Positions 1 to 9,164 of a DNA stretch of 53,503 bases are shown here, piece after piece (positions within the stretch are counted from its first letter, which is position 1; each line of letters opens with the position of its first letter). The notes beneath the pieces were generated by a model. That model had not been told where the DNA came from and made no database searches. It saw only the letters and a list, made by a program, of their open reading frames with translations. The DNA lies in the IMG/VR virus record IMGVR_UViG_3300032373_000014, positions 1 through 53,503 of that record; one strand, written 5' to 3'. The DNA is from a virus (taxonomy: Duplodnaviria > Caudoviricetes). The translations under genes were made by a program, and so were the position numbers.

Positions 1-181
1 TACAGCCTCCTCAGGCTCATTCGCATCAACACTATCTGACGAACTAGTAATAACCTTTTCAAAATGTGCCCGCACATCAGGTTCGTGCTTCAAATGGGCT
101 CAAGCAAAAGATCGCAGGAGTGGGACTAGCCATAGGTCTTGCCTGTAAACGGGCAATCTCTCCACAGGGGGCCGCTCCGTT

Positions 182-233
182 TTAAATGGTGGTCGGTACT
201 GGACTCGAACCAGCGACCTCGTCGATGTCAACG
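182..233 (+). repeat. att core, left copy (displaced 3' half of tRNA-Val)
   Basis: TTAAATGGTGGTCGGTACTGGACTCGAACCAGCGACCTCGTCGATGTCAACG identical to 52740..52791. Confidence 0.97.
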
Positions 234-302
234 TACGGATTTTAGCACAAAATGGCTGTTTTCTGCGGTTTCAGTTTCGTTGACACACCCCGAAAACACG
301 TT

Positions 303-350
303 TTACACCCCACTTTCGCCCTTTTGCACCCCACTTGCACCCCACCTGGC
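303..350 (+). repeat. Probable integrase arm-type sites (TTRCACCCCAC repeats)
   Basis: TTACACCCCAC at 303 and tandem TTGCACCCCAC at 324 and 335; 324..350 is identical to 52664..52690. Confidence 0.7.
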
Positions 351-383
351 TAACCGACGGGCCTATAAAACTAATCTATACTT

Positions 384-398
384 GTTCTCTTTTCGTTC
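384..398 (+). promoter_or_regulatory. Alphaproteobacterial LexA (SOS) box
   Basis: GTTC-TCTTTTC-GTTC matches GTTC-N7-GTTC, ending 20 bp before ATG 419. Confidence 0.75.
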
Positions 399-418
399 TA
401 AAACTCATATAAAACGAC

Positions 419-637
419 ATGAGCATCACCCTTGAACAAGCAATCGCTTCCTATGAAAGCATGACCGTATATTGCAGCGCATGCCATCACAGCAAATCGG
501 TGGCCCTGCAAAAGCTGATCGACGGATTCGGCCCCGACATGCGCGTCCACTTCCTACCGTTCCGATGTTCGGAGTGTGGCACCTTTGGGGAATACACCGT
601 CACGATGGATAACGACCCGTACAACTGGCGGAAGTAA
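419..637 (+). CDS. Small zinc-ribbon protein, probably SOS-induced
   Basis: 72 aa with CSAC and CSEC pairs; SOS box directly upstream. Confidence 0.75.
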   Translation: MSITLEQAIASYESMTVYCSACHHSKSVALQKLIDGFGPDMRVHFLPFRCSECGTFGEYTVTMDNDPYNWRK

Positions 638-762
638 TCTCTGCTCCCCATACCGCCACGGTATCGAACGTGACATTTATCACAGCCACCAAGCTATCCC
701 TGAGTAGTATCGGGAAATCATAGTTTGTTGGGAGTATTTCGGGATAAATGAAAGGAATAGTC

Positions 763-990
763 ATGAAGAAACTTATTATAAGCCTATTTGTTTGCGCTGC
801 TTCTATCGCGGCGGCAGCTGCCCCGCCAATGCCCAGCGGCGGTTGGTACTACGGGGTGTGCCCACCACATAACTTCCGCGGACATGCGAGAGATAATGAG
901 ACAGACGCTTGGAAAGACGCCTATGCTCACTCTGATCTGTACCCGGAAGAAACCAACCACGAAGAGGCCGTGGTGCGTAGCAATCGCTGA
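763..990 (+). CDS. Small secreted protein
   Basis: MKKLIISLFVCAASIAAAAA signal peptide; AGGA RBS before ATG 763. Confidence 0.7.
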   Translation: MKKLIISLFVCAASIAAAAAPPMPSGGWYYGVCPPHNFRGHARDNETDAWKDAYAHSDLYPEETNHEEAVVRSNR

Positions 991-1137
991 TCATTCATAC
1001 TCTTCTTAAAACGAGATGTTCGCCTTTCCTGAGATAGCCCGGTATGGCGAGCATCTCCCGCTAATTTGACATTTCCGTAAAACGTGCAAAACTATCGCGG
1101 TGAGTTGCGAGTAAAACGTAAACACGAGGGGGATATC

Positions 1138-1761
1138 ATGAGAATATTTCTGGCCTGCGCTCTGGCATGTTTCAGCCTGGCGGCATTCGGCGACGAATAC
1201 AAAGGCCTCAAAATAACGGCAGAGGTCAATACACCCAAATATAAACGCTCGCTTTACAATCATTGGATCGATGCTGACGGCGATAATGAGGACGCCCGGC
1301 AAGAGGTGTTGATTGCGGAAAGCCTCACCGAACCGGCATTGAAAATCATCAGTGGAGATAGCCGTGTTCAAAGCGGCCTATGGGCTGCTCCTTACTGCGG
1401 ATATGTGACCACCGACCCGGGCACGCTCGATGTTGATCATATGGTGCCGTTGAAGGAAGTACATTTATCGGGCGGGTATAAATGGCCTCCAGAAAAGAGG
1501 GAAGCTTACGCCAATGATCTATCAGACAGCAAAACTCTGATTGCGGTCAAGGCCGGGTGCAACCGCTCAAAGGGGTTTAAAGACCCGGCGGATTGGCTAC
1601 CACCTAACCGCGCTTATTGGTGCACATATCTTACCGAATGGGTGGCCATAAAACAAAAGTGGCAGCTAACAATGGATCAAGCCGAAGTTGATGCCGTAAA
1701 GGAAGGGTTTCGCGTGTGCGGAAAATATAAGGCGGGTGACGAACTGGCAGGGAGGCACTAG
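1138..1761 (+). CDS. Secreted HNH-type nuclease (DUF1524-like)
   Basis: Signal peptide MRIFLACALACFSLAAFG; motifs DVDHMVPL, YANDL, NRSKG.KDPA.WLPP, YWCTY; TTGACA at 1065 upstream. Confidence 0.85.
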   Translation: MRIFLACALACFSLAAFGDEYKGLKITAEVNTPKYKRSLYNHWIDADGDNEDARQEVLIAESLTEPALKIISGDSRVQSGLWAAPYCGYVTTDPGTLDVDHMVPLKEVHLSGGYKWPPEKREAYANDLSDSKTLIAVKAGCNRSKGFKDPADWLPPNRAYWCTYLTEWVAIKQKWQLTMDQAEVDAVKEGFRVCGKYKAGDELAGRH

Positions 1762-1763
1762 CA

Positions 1764-1991
1764 ATGGGAAGCATCTGTTACTTTACGGAAACGATCGATG
1801 CCGTCCCCCGGGACGGACAGGGAGATATTGCCCTAGAGATATTGACGCATGGAAACCGCGTCGTACTGAGGGTTTCACATGGCGAAAACAAAGATTTGGA
1901 TATCAAGTTCGACGACCACGAACAAATGTCTCGCTTCTTGGAAGCGCTGCAGGACGCCGAGAGATTTAACTTCAGAGGAAAAGAAACATGA
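1764..1991 (+). CDS. Hypothetical protein
   Basis: 75 aa ORF tightly coupled to both neighbours (ATGA overlap with the next gene). Confidence 0.65.
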   Translation: MGSICYFTETIDAVPRDGQGDIALEILTHGNRVVLRVSHGENKDLDIKFDDHEQMSRFLEALQDAERFNFRGKET

Positions 1992-2341
1992 AGAGCGTTG
2001 AGGCACTTTGGACGGCGCGCTTTGGTGACGTTTCGGCACCAGATAAATGGGAAAACGGGGGCGTAGCCGTTTTTGAAACGGGTAGAATTTTCGGTGGTGA
2101 CGGCGGAACCTATTACATCGGCCAATACGAAATAAAGGGCAACAAATTAGGCGGGAAAATAACTATCACAAGATATGATGAGCGGTATCGGTTGGCTTTC
2201 GGTGATATTCCATCTCCGATGGTAGCAATCATCGAAGCCGAAATGACCCATCCAGATTTAATACGCGGGCATATGTGGCCAGAGTCAGACCCTAAGAACA
2301 AGATAATGTTCGACCTAAAGCGCCGCGCGGACCTGCCTTAG
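1988..2341 (+). CDS. GrlR-like beta-barrel protein
   Basis: GGVAVF..GRIFGGDGG.YYIGQY motif resembles the GrlR family. Confidence 0.65.
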   Translation: MKSVEALWTARFGDVSAPDKWENGGVAVFETGRIFGGDGGTYYIGQYEIKGNKLGGKITITRYDERYRLAFGDIPSPMVAIIEAEMTHPDLIRGHMWPESDPKNKIMFDLKRRADLP

Positions 2342-2352
2342 TCAGCTTTAAG

Positions 2353-2874
2353 TTAGGGTGTTCTGGGTGGCGCCTTTTTCATCAATAGCTCGCGGTCTTC
2401 TTCGTACCAGCGTTTAAAATCCTCATATCGATCAATCAGTTGCTGGCGGTGAAACCGGTTCATTTCTCTGAGTAATTTGACGTATTCAGCTATCCGTTCG
2501 TCCTGTTGCTCGGCTTGCAATTCCTGTGCGGCCGTCAGACCATAGAGAGCCCACCGACATGAACTATCGAGAGTGGTATTCTTGAACTGACTACGAACAT
2601 AATCAGAGTCGCCAAACTGTTCTGGATCATCAGCGGAATTTTGCCACGCCTCGCAAGCTGTAATTTGATACTTGGCATTATCCAAGGTAGTAACCTGATA
2701 CTTGAATTTGACCGGATTAAAGGTCTTTGGATCAGCTTTGATTATCGGCGCCATTACCCTCGGTGTCGATGCCACTGGCACAAGTACCGTCTGTTTTGGC
2801 AAGTAGCCCGCACACGCGCTTGTGACGACGATCAGAAGCAGCATTGCCGCGCGCGAAAGGTTCTTCAATAGCAT
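2353..2874 (-). CDS. Lipoprotein, probable outer-membrane spanin (Rz1-like)
   Basis: Lipobox-like VTSAC after a hydrophobic stretch; overlaps the 3' end of the Rz-like gene. Confidence 0.6.
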   Translation of the reverse strand: MLLKNLSRAAMLLLIVVTSACAGYLPKQTVLVPVASTPRVMAPIIKADPKTFNPVKFKYQVTTLDNAKYQITACEAWQNSADDPEQFGDSDYVRSQFKNTTLDSSCRWALYGLTAAQELQAEQQDERIAEYVKLLREMNRFHRQQLIDRYEDFKRWYEEDRELLMKKAPPRTP

Positions 2875-3175
2875 CGTTCAACTCCGTTGCTTTAAGGGCT
2901 TCTAGTTCTGCAATGGCGGCTTGGCTGCTGGCCCGGATGGTGTCTAACTTGCCATCAAGCGTCGTTACTCTGGCCTGTGCCGTGGTTGCCATTTCAAACA
3001 TTCTAGTGTTGTTGCGAGCCTCGCCATCAGCGCGTGCCGTCTCAGTGACTAGAGACGTCCTGAGACCATCAATAATGCCGTCTTTCTTTGCGCTTTTTGC
3101 ACGTTCCATTTGCCACAAGCCGAAGAAGACTGCGGCTGCCAAAGCGGTGCCAATCGCTACTTTGTCAAATATCAT
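2732..3175 (-). CDS. Probable inner-membrane spanin (Rz-like)
   Basis: N-terminal TM helix followed by coiled coil; follows the endolysin. Confidence 0.65.
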   Translation of the reverse strand: MIFDKVAIGTALAAAVFFGLWQMERAKSAKKDGIIDGLRTSLVTETARADGEARNNTRMFEMATTAQARVTTLDGKLDTIRASSQAAIAELEALKATELNDAIEEPFARGNAASDRRHKRVCGLLAKTDGTCASGIDTEGNGADNQS

Positions 3176-3647
3176 TGGAGTACCCTTTCGGCTTGTATTG
3201 CAGCCAATCGTCATAATATTTCTGCGCCGTAGCCTTCCCCGCCACCGTGTTCCAGTGCTCTTTGCAGTATTCCGCTAGCGCCCATTCGTCACTTGCGTCG
3301 GGGAGAGGCGCTTTCACCCGGCTATATTGAAGCCTGGCAGCCGCGCACGCGTATGCGTCAATGCGCTCTAGCGCTTCCGTGTGGCTCAGCGGCAACGGCC
3401 TGTATTGATCAAGCATCGCGAGCCTGCCCGGGCGGAAGGACAGATAATTCTCGTACAGGTCTGTGAGAGTATTGGGCTCTATCTGGAAATACGACAGCGC
3501 GGGGCCTCCTATCTGGCGCCGGTATTTAAACCCTGCGGATTCGTGACACGCCGTCATCAACAAAAGCTTTTCCGCAGCTGGCGAGTGCATGCCTATTTCA
3601 TGGAGGGTCGGCTGCAGGCTACCAGATAGAAACTCACTCGCGTTCAT
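3165..3647 (-). CDS. Endolysin (lysozyme-like fold)
   Basis: LLLMTACHES...RQIGGPAL.YFQIEP motif of phage lysozyme-like proteins; lies between holin-like and spanin genes. Confidence 0.7.
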   Translation of the reverse strand: MNASEFLSGSLQPTLHEIGMHSPAAEKLLLMTACHESAGFKYRRQIGGPALSYFQIEPNTLTDLYENYLSFRPGRLAMLDQYRPLPLSHTEALERIDAYACAAARLQYSRVKAPLPDASDEWALAEYCKEHWNTVAGKATAQKYYDDWLQYKPKGYSNDI

Positions 3648-3843
3648 CTTGCTTGCCCCACTTGTTTGTGATGCCCGTATAAACGCTCGTCAGCCCTGCC
3701 AAGCTTGGGATACCTACAACCACTATCGCAGCCGCGTCTTTGCCCATCACGACTATTGAGGCGATGCACAGTGAGAATATTGCCAGCAGGACTGCAAAGG
3801 TAAACCTGCGGGTGTTCCTGAAGGCGTCGTTCACCCCGTCCAT
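3634..3843 (-). CDS. Holin-like membrane protein
   Basis: 69 aa, two hydrophobic helices and a charged C-terminus, upstream of the lysin. Confidence 0.55.
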   Translation of the reverse strand: MDGVNDAFRNTRRFTFAVLLAIFSLCIASIVVMGKDAAAIVVVGIPSLAGLTSVYTGITNKWGKQDERE

Positions 3844-4127
3844 TTCAGTAGCCCCATTTTGAAGGCGGTCGCAATGCCTACTGCGACAACCAACCCTTTC
3901 ACGAGCATCGACCCCAAGGCACTGAGCATCGACTTCTTTACGGTGCGGAAGCTATCGAGGAGCGAACGGATTTCATGAAAATCATGGACCGCCTTTTCGT
4001 CGCCCAAGCCTATATTCGCTAGAGCTTTCGTCGCGCCTTCTTCGGCTGCCTCCCGTAGCATGTCCTTGAAGTCCTCTGGCTTGAGAACTACAGCGCCATC
4101 ACCTGGTATCTCTTTTACGTCAGGCAT
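3831..4127 (-). CDS. DUF6127-like phage membrane protein
   Basis: AAEEGA..AL..IGL.DE.A..D..E.RSLL motif and C-terminal TM helix. Confidence 0.65.
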   Translation of the reverse strand: MPDVKEIPGDGAVVLKPEDFKDMLREAAEEGATKALANIGLGDEKAVHDFHEIRSLLDSFRTVKKSMLSALGSMLVKGLVVAVGIATAFKMGLLKWTG

Positions 4128-4144
4128 ACGCCCCTACCCCCTGT

Positions 4145-4600
4145 TTAAGCGCCAATCAGCGCGTTTACTTCGGTCTTTGCTGATTGACGGGACCACGCAC
4201 GCACAGCCCTCTCAGCCACACGTTGCCCCGCCTTGTCCCATTCGTTTATGATTTCAGCAGCAGCAACACTGGCACCATCAGGAATAGGCCCGCGCTCTAT
4301 CCATTCAGCACCGTCGCTTTCAAATAGAATGCCGCCATCAATAGCCAGATTACCCTTTTTGGCTCCGTTGGTACGCCCAAGGCCAAGCGGGGGCGTGTCA
4401 GTGTCTTCAATGCAGTGTGTGAGAATGAAAGGATCTGTTTCTGGTCCTAAATCCACGCCTGCACTATCTGTCACAGCCGCAACAATTGAATATGATCCTT
4501 TATTGGCGCTTTCAACCGTCACAGTTACCCGCACATAATCGCCAGAAGGCGCTTTATATAGGCGGCAATTATTCGGTAAATCACTTGATACAACTTGCAT
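4145..4600 (-). CDS. Hypothetical tail-associated protein
   Basis: 151 aa; start overlaps the stop codon of the tail-tip gene. Confidence 0.65.
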   Translation of the reverse strand: MQVVSSDLPNNCRLYKAPSGDYVRVTVTVESANKGSYSIVAAVTDSAGVDLGPETDPFILTHCIEDTDTPPLGLGRTNGAKKGNLAIDGGILFESDGAEWIERGPIPDGASVAAAEIINEWDKAGQRVAERAVRAWSRQSAKTEVNALIGA

Positions 4601-7437
4601 TACAATGGCTCCGTAAAGGTGTTATCTCGCGCCCCGCCAAGGCCCGCATAACCGCCCTGAAATGCAGTTGTTGACGCCGCGCCATTGGCCGGCGTTGTGC
4701 ATTGACCGAAATAAACGGCGTTTTCTGGAAAGCTTGTGCGATCTGTCGTGGCAACATAGGTGACAGATCCGCCCACGAAATTATCATCAACCGCGTAAAC
4801 CCAGTAAGCCGTGCTGAATGATAGCCCTGTGACACTGCCACTGTTGAAATGCAGCGTGCTAGCCCCATAATAAACATCTGTAGCGGCAACGTCTATTCGC
4901 GCCGAAGCACCGTTATCAAACCCAGTACATGGCGCGCTTGGATCAAGCGTATAAACACCCGCGACGCTCTCTATGGGCAAGTGCTCAGGGCTTTCAATGC
5001 CGACTAAAGAAAACACGCTGGGCGCGTCTGCAATTGCTGTCGGTTCGAAAAGCCCTGCGTGCACAAACTTACCCGCCCGGCGCTCCACAAAGCCGAAAAC
5101 AATCATGTTTGCGTCATGCGCCAGGCTTGCCCAGCCTATTGTGGCTTTGAAATATTCAAGAGTTGTAGCGCCCAAGTTTTTGCAGACGCCCACCTTGCTG
5201 TCATTGGTTCCGATATGACCAAACCGAACACCGCCACTAATATCCAACACCAGATAATAAACGCCGTTCGAACCGTTGCCGGAATATGCAGACTGCGAAA
5301 CCGCCGTACTGCCCCATGTAAAATCGCTACCGTCGGGTTTAACGATCGTTGCCTTGATTGTGCGATCCGGGTAGTTGCCATCAGTGCTAAAACCAAAGAA
5401 GCGCACCCTCTTGTTATCAGTCGCCCCCGTGGCGGACTCGTTGATCGCCGCAGCAATTTTGCCCCGGCCTGATACGCTTGCCCACTGCGCGGACGTGCCA
5501 AGCCCGGCCCCATCTGTAATTTGGTTGGTGTTAGTGATGTGGGCCGCCGTGGTGCTTGTTGTTGTGTTTAAAACAATGATTTCAGCGGTTATTGTGCCAT
5601 TAATCAGCGTGTGGCGCACGCGCACGTCATATGCCAAATTATGCGGTAAAATCAAAACATGATCATTATCGCCGCGAATAGAAACGCCACCTGGCGTCCA
5701 CGGGGTAGCGCCATTCAGGCGGTAATCAATGATTGTGTTTGCAATCAGCGGGCCGGGGCTGTTCCAAGAAACCTCAAGCACTGTAGTTTCTAGCCCGTCA
5801 CCAGAAGTGATCAGGCCCGGCGTAACAGTCACACCGCCAGGCGTTATTGTTGCAAGCCCAGTTGCCTGCACAAGCTGACCAGATGATTCTGGCGCCTTTT
5901 CATCAGTTGCGGCATCCCAAGCATGCACGCTGGCATCTTCGCGCACCATTTCCATATTGACGCCTAGCGGGCTATTGCTACTGGTGTCAATGCTGTGTTT
6001 CGTTACCCGGTAGGCTTCATCTACAAGTTCAACATCAGGGCATGTAATGCCCGCAACATGCATAGGTGCCAAAGCAGCTGCAATGGGCATCGCGGTAACA
6101 TTGATCATAGGCAATCGCGCCTCTAGCCCCACTAGCTTTGCCAAGCGTTGCGCTACCCTATGGTCTTGTGTAAAGGGTAAATTCAGCGGCAGCGTTTTAA
6201 CGCCCTCACTGGCCTGCGCCACAGCGTCAACATAGGCTGGGGCCTCTGCCTGATTATATCTATCGCTTGCGTCAATATAGCTCGCGCGCACTTCGTTTAT
6301 GCGCTGATCCGTTGCAATCAGATCAATATAATCGAGCGTCACAACATCATTTTCAGCAAGTGAAATTGTTTGGGCTACGGGGCCCGCCGCAAATAGTTGA
6401 ATTTTACCGCCAAGCCAAGTGCGCCGCCCGCCCATTGCAGAAAGCATCAAGTCAATATTTGCAAGTTTTGATTTGCGGCAATCAACAACACCACCAAGGC
6501 TATAGCGCTTGATTGTTCCGCCGCCATTTACAGCAACATCTTCGTCGCAGATATTCGCCGCAGTTATCAGGGCATCAAGGTCAATTTCATCATCAGGAAC
6601 AGGGTTTCCAAGCACAACATCGCGCATGAAATCATATATTGTAAGCGCAGGATTAGCAGAAAACCTCCACGTTGATGCATCAGCCAGCCTATGCGTGCCG
6701 CTACCGCCGTTTGTGCTGTCAAGTCGCGGATCATATACAGGAGCGCCCTGCAGCACCTCTATCGCGCAGCCACGAAGCTCACCAAGGCCATACGGGAAAA
6801 CCTCAGGATCAAAGATGGCTTTAACAACATAATATGCCTGCCCCGCCCCTATCGCCGTTGCATTCCAATCAACATGCGCGGCCATCAACCAAGGGTCGGC
6901 GGCTGTCTGGGTGCCATCGTATGTTTTTAAGAAAAGCTTGCCGTTATATGTACCTGTGGCGTTACCGGAACCGTCAAAACTAACAACCTTATCGCCGAGA
7001 TAAAAGTCGCCGAAACCAGCGACAGGACGGTCAGATACAATGCGCGCAAACACAACGGTATCATTTGGAACATCATCGGCACCGTTGCTGTCGTATTCTT
7101 CAATGAACATTTCAGTGCCAGCTATCAGGGTGCCATCACCGTATATTATTTTGCGGGTATCCAGCGGGTTTGTGATTGGCACCTTTTGGCCGGATTGTTC
7201 CTGAATATCAGATAAGCCGGGCGTCAAAACAGAACTGGCTAGCAACAGGCCGCCCGCGATTAAACCGCCCGCAATGCCGCCTGCGATTGTCGCGCTTAAT
7301 CCAATACCTACAGCCGCACCAAGAGAGCCGACTTGCGCCGTGAGTGCAGAAAGGACGCCCGTGCCTATGCCTGCGGTTGCAATTGTAATGACGCCAATAA
7401 AAATGCCAACGCCAATCGCTTTGCCGACTTTACCCAT
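4600..7437 (-). CDS. Tail tip / host-specificity protein (J-like)
   Basis: RKIIYG, VYDPRLDST.GG.G.HR, NPAL..YD and AANICDE motifs, FN3-like region; start placed at MGKVG (7437). Confidence 0.88.
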   Translation of the reverse strand: MGKVGKAIGVGIFIGVITIATAGIGTGVLSALTAQVGSLGAAVGIGLSATIAGGIAGGLIAGGLLLASSVLTPGLSDIQEQSGQKVPITNPLDTRKIIYGDGTLIAGTEMFIEEYDSNGADDVPNDTVVFARIVSDRPVAGFGDFYLGDKVVSFDGSGNATGTYNGKLFLKTYDGTQTAADPWLMAAHVDWNATAIGAGQAYYVVKAIFDPEVFPYGLGELRGCAIEVLQGAPVYDPRLDSTNGGSGTHRLADASTWRFSANPALTIYDFMRDVVLGNPVPDDEIDLDALITAANICDEDVAVNGGGTIKRYSLGGVVDCRKSKLANIDLMLSAMGGRRTWLGGKIQLFAAGPVAQTISLAENDVVTLDYIDLIATDQRINEVRASYIDASDRYNQAEAPAYVDAVAQASEGVKTLPLNLPFTQDHRVAQRLAKLVGLEARLPMINVTAMPIAAALAPMHVAGITCPDVELVDEAYRVTKHSIDTSSNSPLGVNMEMVREDASVHAWDAATDEKAPESSGQLVQATGLATITPGGVTVTPGLITSGDGLETTVLEVSWNSPGPLIANTIIDYRLNGATPWTPGGVSIRGDNDHVLILPHNLAYDVRVRHTLINGTITAEIIVLNTTTSTTAAHITNTNQITDGAGLGTSAQWASVSGRGKIAAAINESATGATDNKRVRFFGFSTDGNYPDRTIKATIVKPDGSDFTWGSTAVSQSAYSGNGSNGVYYLVLDISGGVRFGHIGTNDSKVGVCKNLGATTLEYFKATIGWASLAHDANMIVFGFVERRAGKFVHAGLFEPTAIADAPSVFSLVGIESPEHLPIESVAGVYTLDPSAPCTGFDNGASARIDVAATDVYYGASTLHFNSGSVTGLSFSTAYWVYAVDDNFVGGSVTYVATTDRTSFPENAVYFGQCTTPANGAASTTAFQGGYAGLGGARDNTFTEPL

Positions 7438-7441
7438 AAAA

Positions 7442-7882
7442 TTAACCGATTTTAAAAGCTGTGCGCCAATCACGGCGAGGAAGGTGAACCCAGCCAATAG
7501 AGGCTGGAAATATGGCTGTTGAACCCACAACAACGCCGCAGGCTTGGCCCAAACATTCATCATGTAAAGCAAGGTCAGTTGTGACCAGATCGCCCGTGCC
7601 AGCCTTTAAAACTGACTTAAGGGCCTTGCCGCCGTTCTTTGGTATGTGGTGCGCGAGCGTTGCAATCAGGTCATTAAACCCATATTTCCGCATCAAGCGG
7701 AATGCTCCGGCAGCACTCTTATATTGCCCACGAAAATCTTCCATCAGGTCAACGTCCGTGAAGGCGTTAATCAGATCAGAAGCCGCAAGGCAGCAATCAT
7801 GACCGCCATACTTAAAGCGCGCAGCGTTGCGGGCCGCAATCGCCACAAACAAGCGCTGCTGCCAATCGTTAAATCTCTGCAT
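7442..7882 (-). CDS. NlpC/P60-like tail assembly protein (DUF6950-like)
   Basis: F.YG.HDCC..A.D motif; position before the tail-tip gene. Confidence 0.8.
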   Translation of the reverse strand: MQRFNDWQQRLFVAIAARNAARFKYGGHDCCLAASDLINAFTDVDLMEDFRGQYKSAAGAFRLMRKYGFNDLIATLAHHIPKNGGKALKSVLKAGTGDLVTTDLALHDECLGQACGVVVGSTAIFPASIGWVHLPRRDWRTAFKIG

Positions 7883-7883
7883 T

Positions 7884-8549
7884 TTAAAAGCTTATGCCAA
7901 TAGTGCGGGTGTTGTTATTGCCGCTGTGCGTTTCGCCCACACCATCTGCATAACCAGTGCTGCCGCGCCCGCTGCTTCTTGATGCACCAGAAAGACCCCA
8001 ATAAACCGTTTTATTGACAATCTGCGACACGAAATAAAACAGCGTGTCGCCGGGGTTTTGGCGCTGTTGATCCTCTTGTGTACGGAAAATCGGGCGGTTT
8101 TGCTTTAATACCGCAAGCCGGCTATCAATCGTAACTGAAACGCCCTTTTCTTGCCTGCCTGCTGCGATATTCAACAGGGACATCTCACCCGCAAAAAATA
8201 GCGCTGGTTCGTCAATCAGTTCATGGTTTTCATCAAACAGGCCAATATAAACCTTACCCGTGCGACCTGCGTATTTTGTGCCCTTGGCATTAGCCAGCAT
8301 ATTGCCTTTCAGTCCCACAAGGCTCAATTCAATACTTGGCAGGCTGCCCTTTGCATCAGATTTGACCGATTGAACTCGCGCCAAATCTCCAACGCCTAGA
8401 TATGTATTGCCGCCCCAAACTAAGTCGCCAATACCGGCCCATACCCATAAAGGGTCGCCATCAATATCAAGAAAAACAATAGGCAACGCGGTCAGATTTT
8501 CGGAAGAAAGGGCGGTTTGGTGTGCTGCCGTTACATCTGTGCGGGTCAT
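7884..8549 (-). CDS. Minor tail / hub protein
   Basis: W.G.GDL.W.G.TY.G.G motif; ..T.EDQQ...PGD..F. Confidence 0.8.
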   Translation of the reverse strand: MTRTDVTAAHQTALSSENLTALPIVFLDIDGDPLWVWAGIGDLVWGGNTYLGVGDLARVQSVKSDAKGSLPSIELSLVGLKGNMLANAKGTKYAGRTGKVYIGLFDENHELIDEPALFFAGEMSLLNIAAGRQEKGVSVTIDSRLAVLKQNRPIFRTQEDQQRQNPGDTLFYFVSQIVNKTVYWGLSGASRSSGRGSTGYADGVGETHSGNNNTRTIGISF

Positions 8550-9163
8550 ATCAATTTTTCCTCAATAGCAAAGCTCAAAACGTGGTTCCGCAAGCGGTCT
8601 GAGTTTGGAATAATATCGGCGTCCGTTAGCTGGAATACGCCCTTGCAATTCTCAGTGATAATCACAGCATTGTCGGCAGGCGCTATATAGTTGTCCGGCG
8701 CTATCAGGAGTGTCACTGCGCCAGCTGCAACGGTCGCATCCTCTAACACCATTTTTAGGCGGGGGCTGTCGTTGTCGGCCCCTTGCTGAATTATGTCACC
8801 GCGTTTGAATGTTTTGCCACTTGTAAGGCCGTCTATCACCAAACTGTTGCCCTTTTGCCCTGCGCCTTGAACGGAGCCGGTTTGCCCGCTGGCTGTACCG
8901 CGCATGGTCTTAAAATCAGGATGTGCGAAGAGAAACGACCCCACCAACCCGTCCAGAGAGCCGAAAAATCCGAGCCATTCCGCCCCCTGATCAGCGCTTA
9001 ATGTTGGCAGAGTTATTTTGCCGACCCATTTATCACCGGGATTTTTCTGTACTTGCCTGACGCCGCCACCGCCAATCGCAGCGGTTTGATTTCTAACAAT
9101 ATAAATCGAGGCGTCTGTCGGGGCGGGTCCTGAAGGCATTGCCAAAGGGTATATGATCGCCAT
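8546..9163 (-). CDS. Distal tail protein
   Basis: Follows the tape measure gene; MAI.YPL and W..F...L.G motifs. Confidence 0.75.
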   Translation of the reverse strand: MAIIYPLAMPSGPAPTDASIYIVRNQTAAIGGGGVRQVQKNPGDKWVGKITLPTLSADQGAEWLGFFGSLDGLVGSFLFAHPDFKTMRGTASGQTGSVQGAGQKGNSLVIDGLTSGKTFKRGDIIQQGADNDSPRLKMVLEDATVAAGAVTLLIAPDNYIAPADNAVIITENCKGVFQLTDADIIPNSDRLRNHVLSFAIEEKLI

Positions 9164-9164
9164 G

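Noticed and set aside
1-133. Possible host gene start at the left edge
   Set aside because: Too short and no recognisable motif
139-435. 98-aa ORF sharing peptides (KWWSVLDSNQRPRRCQR, CTPLAPHLA) with ORFs at the right end
   Set aside because: It is the translation of the att core and arm repeats, not a gene
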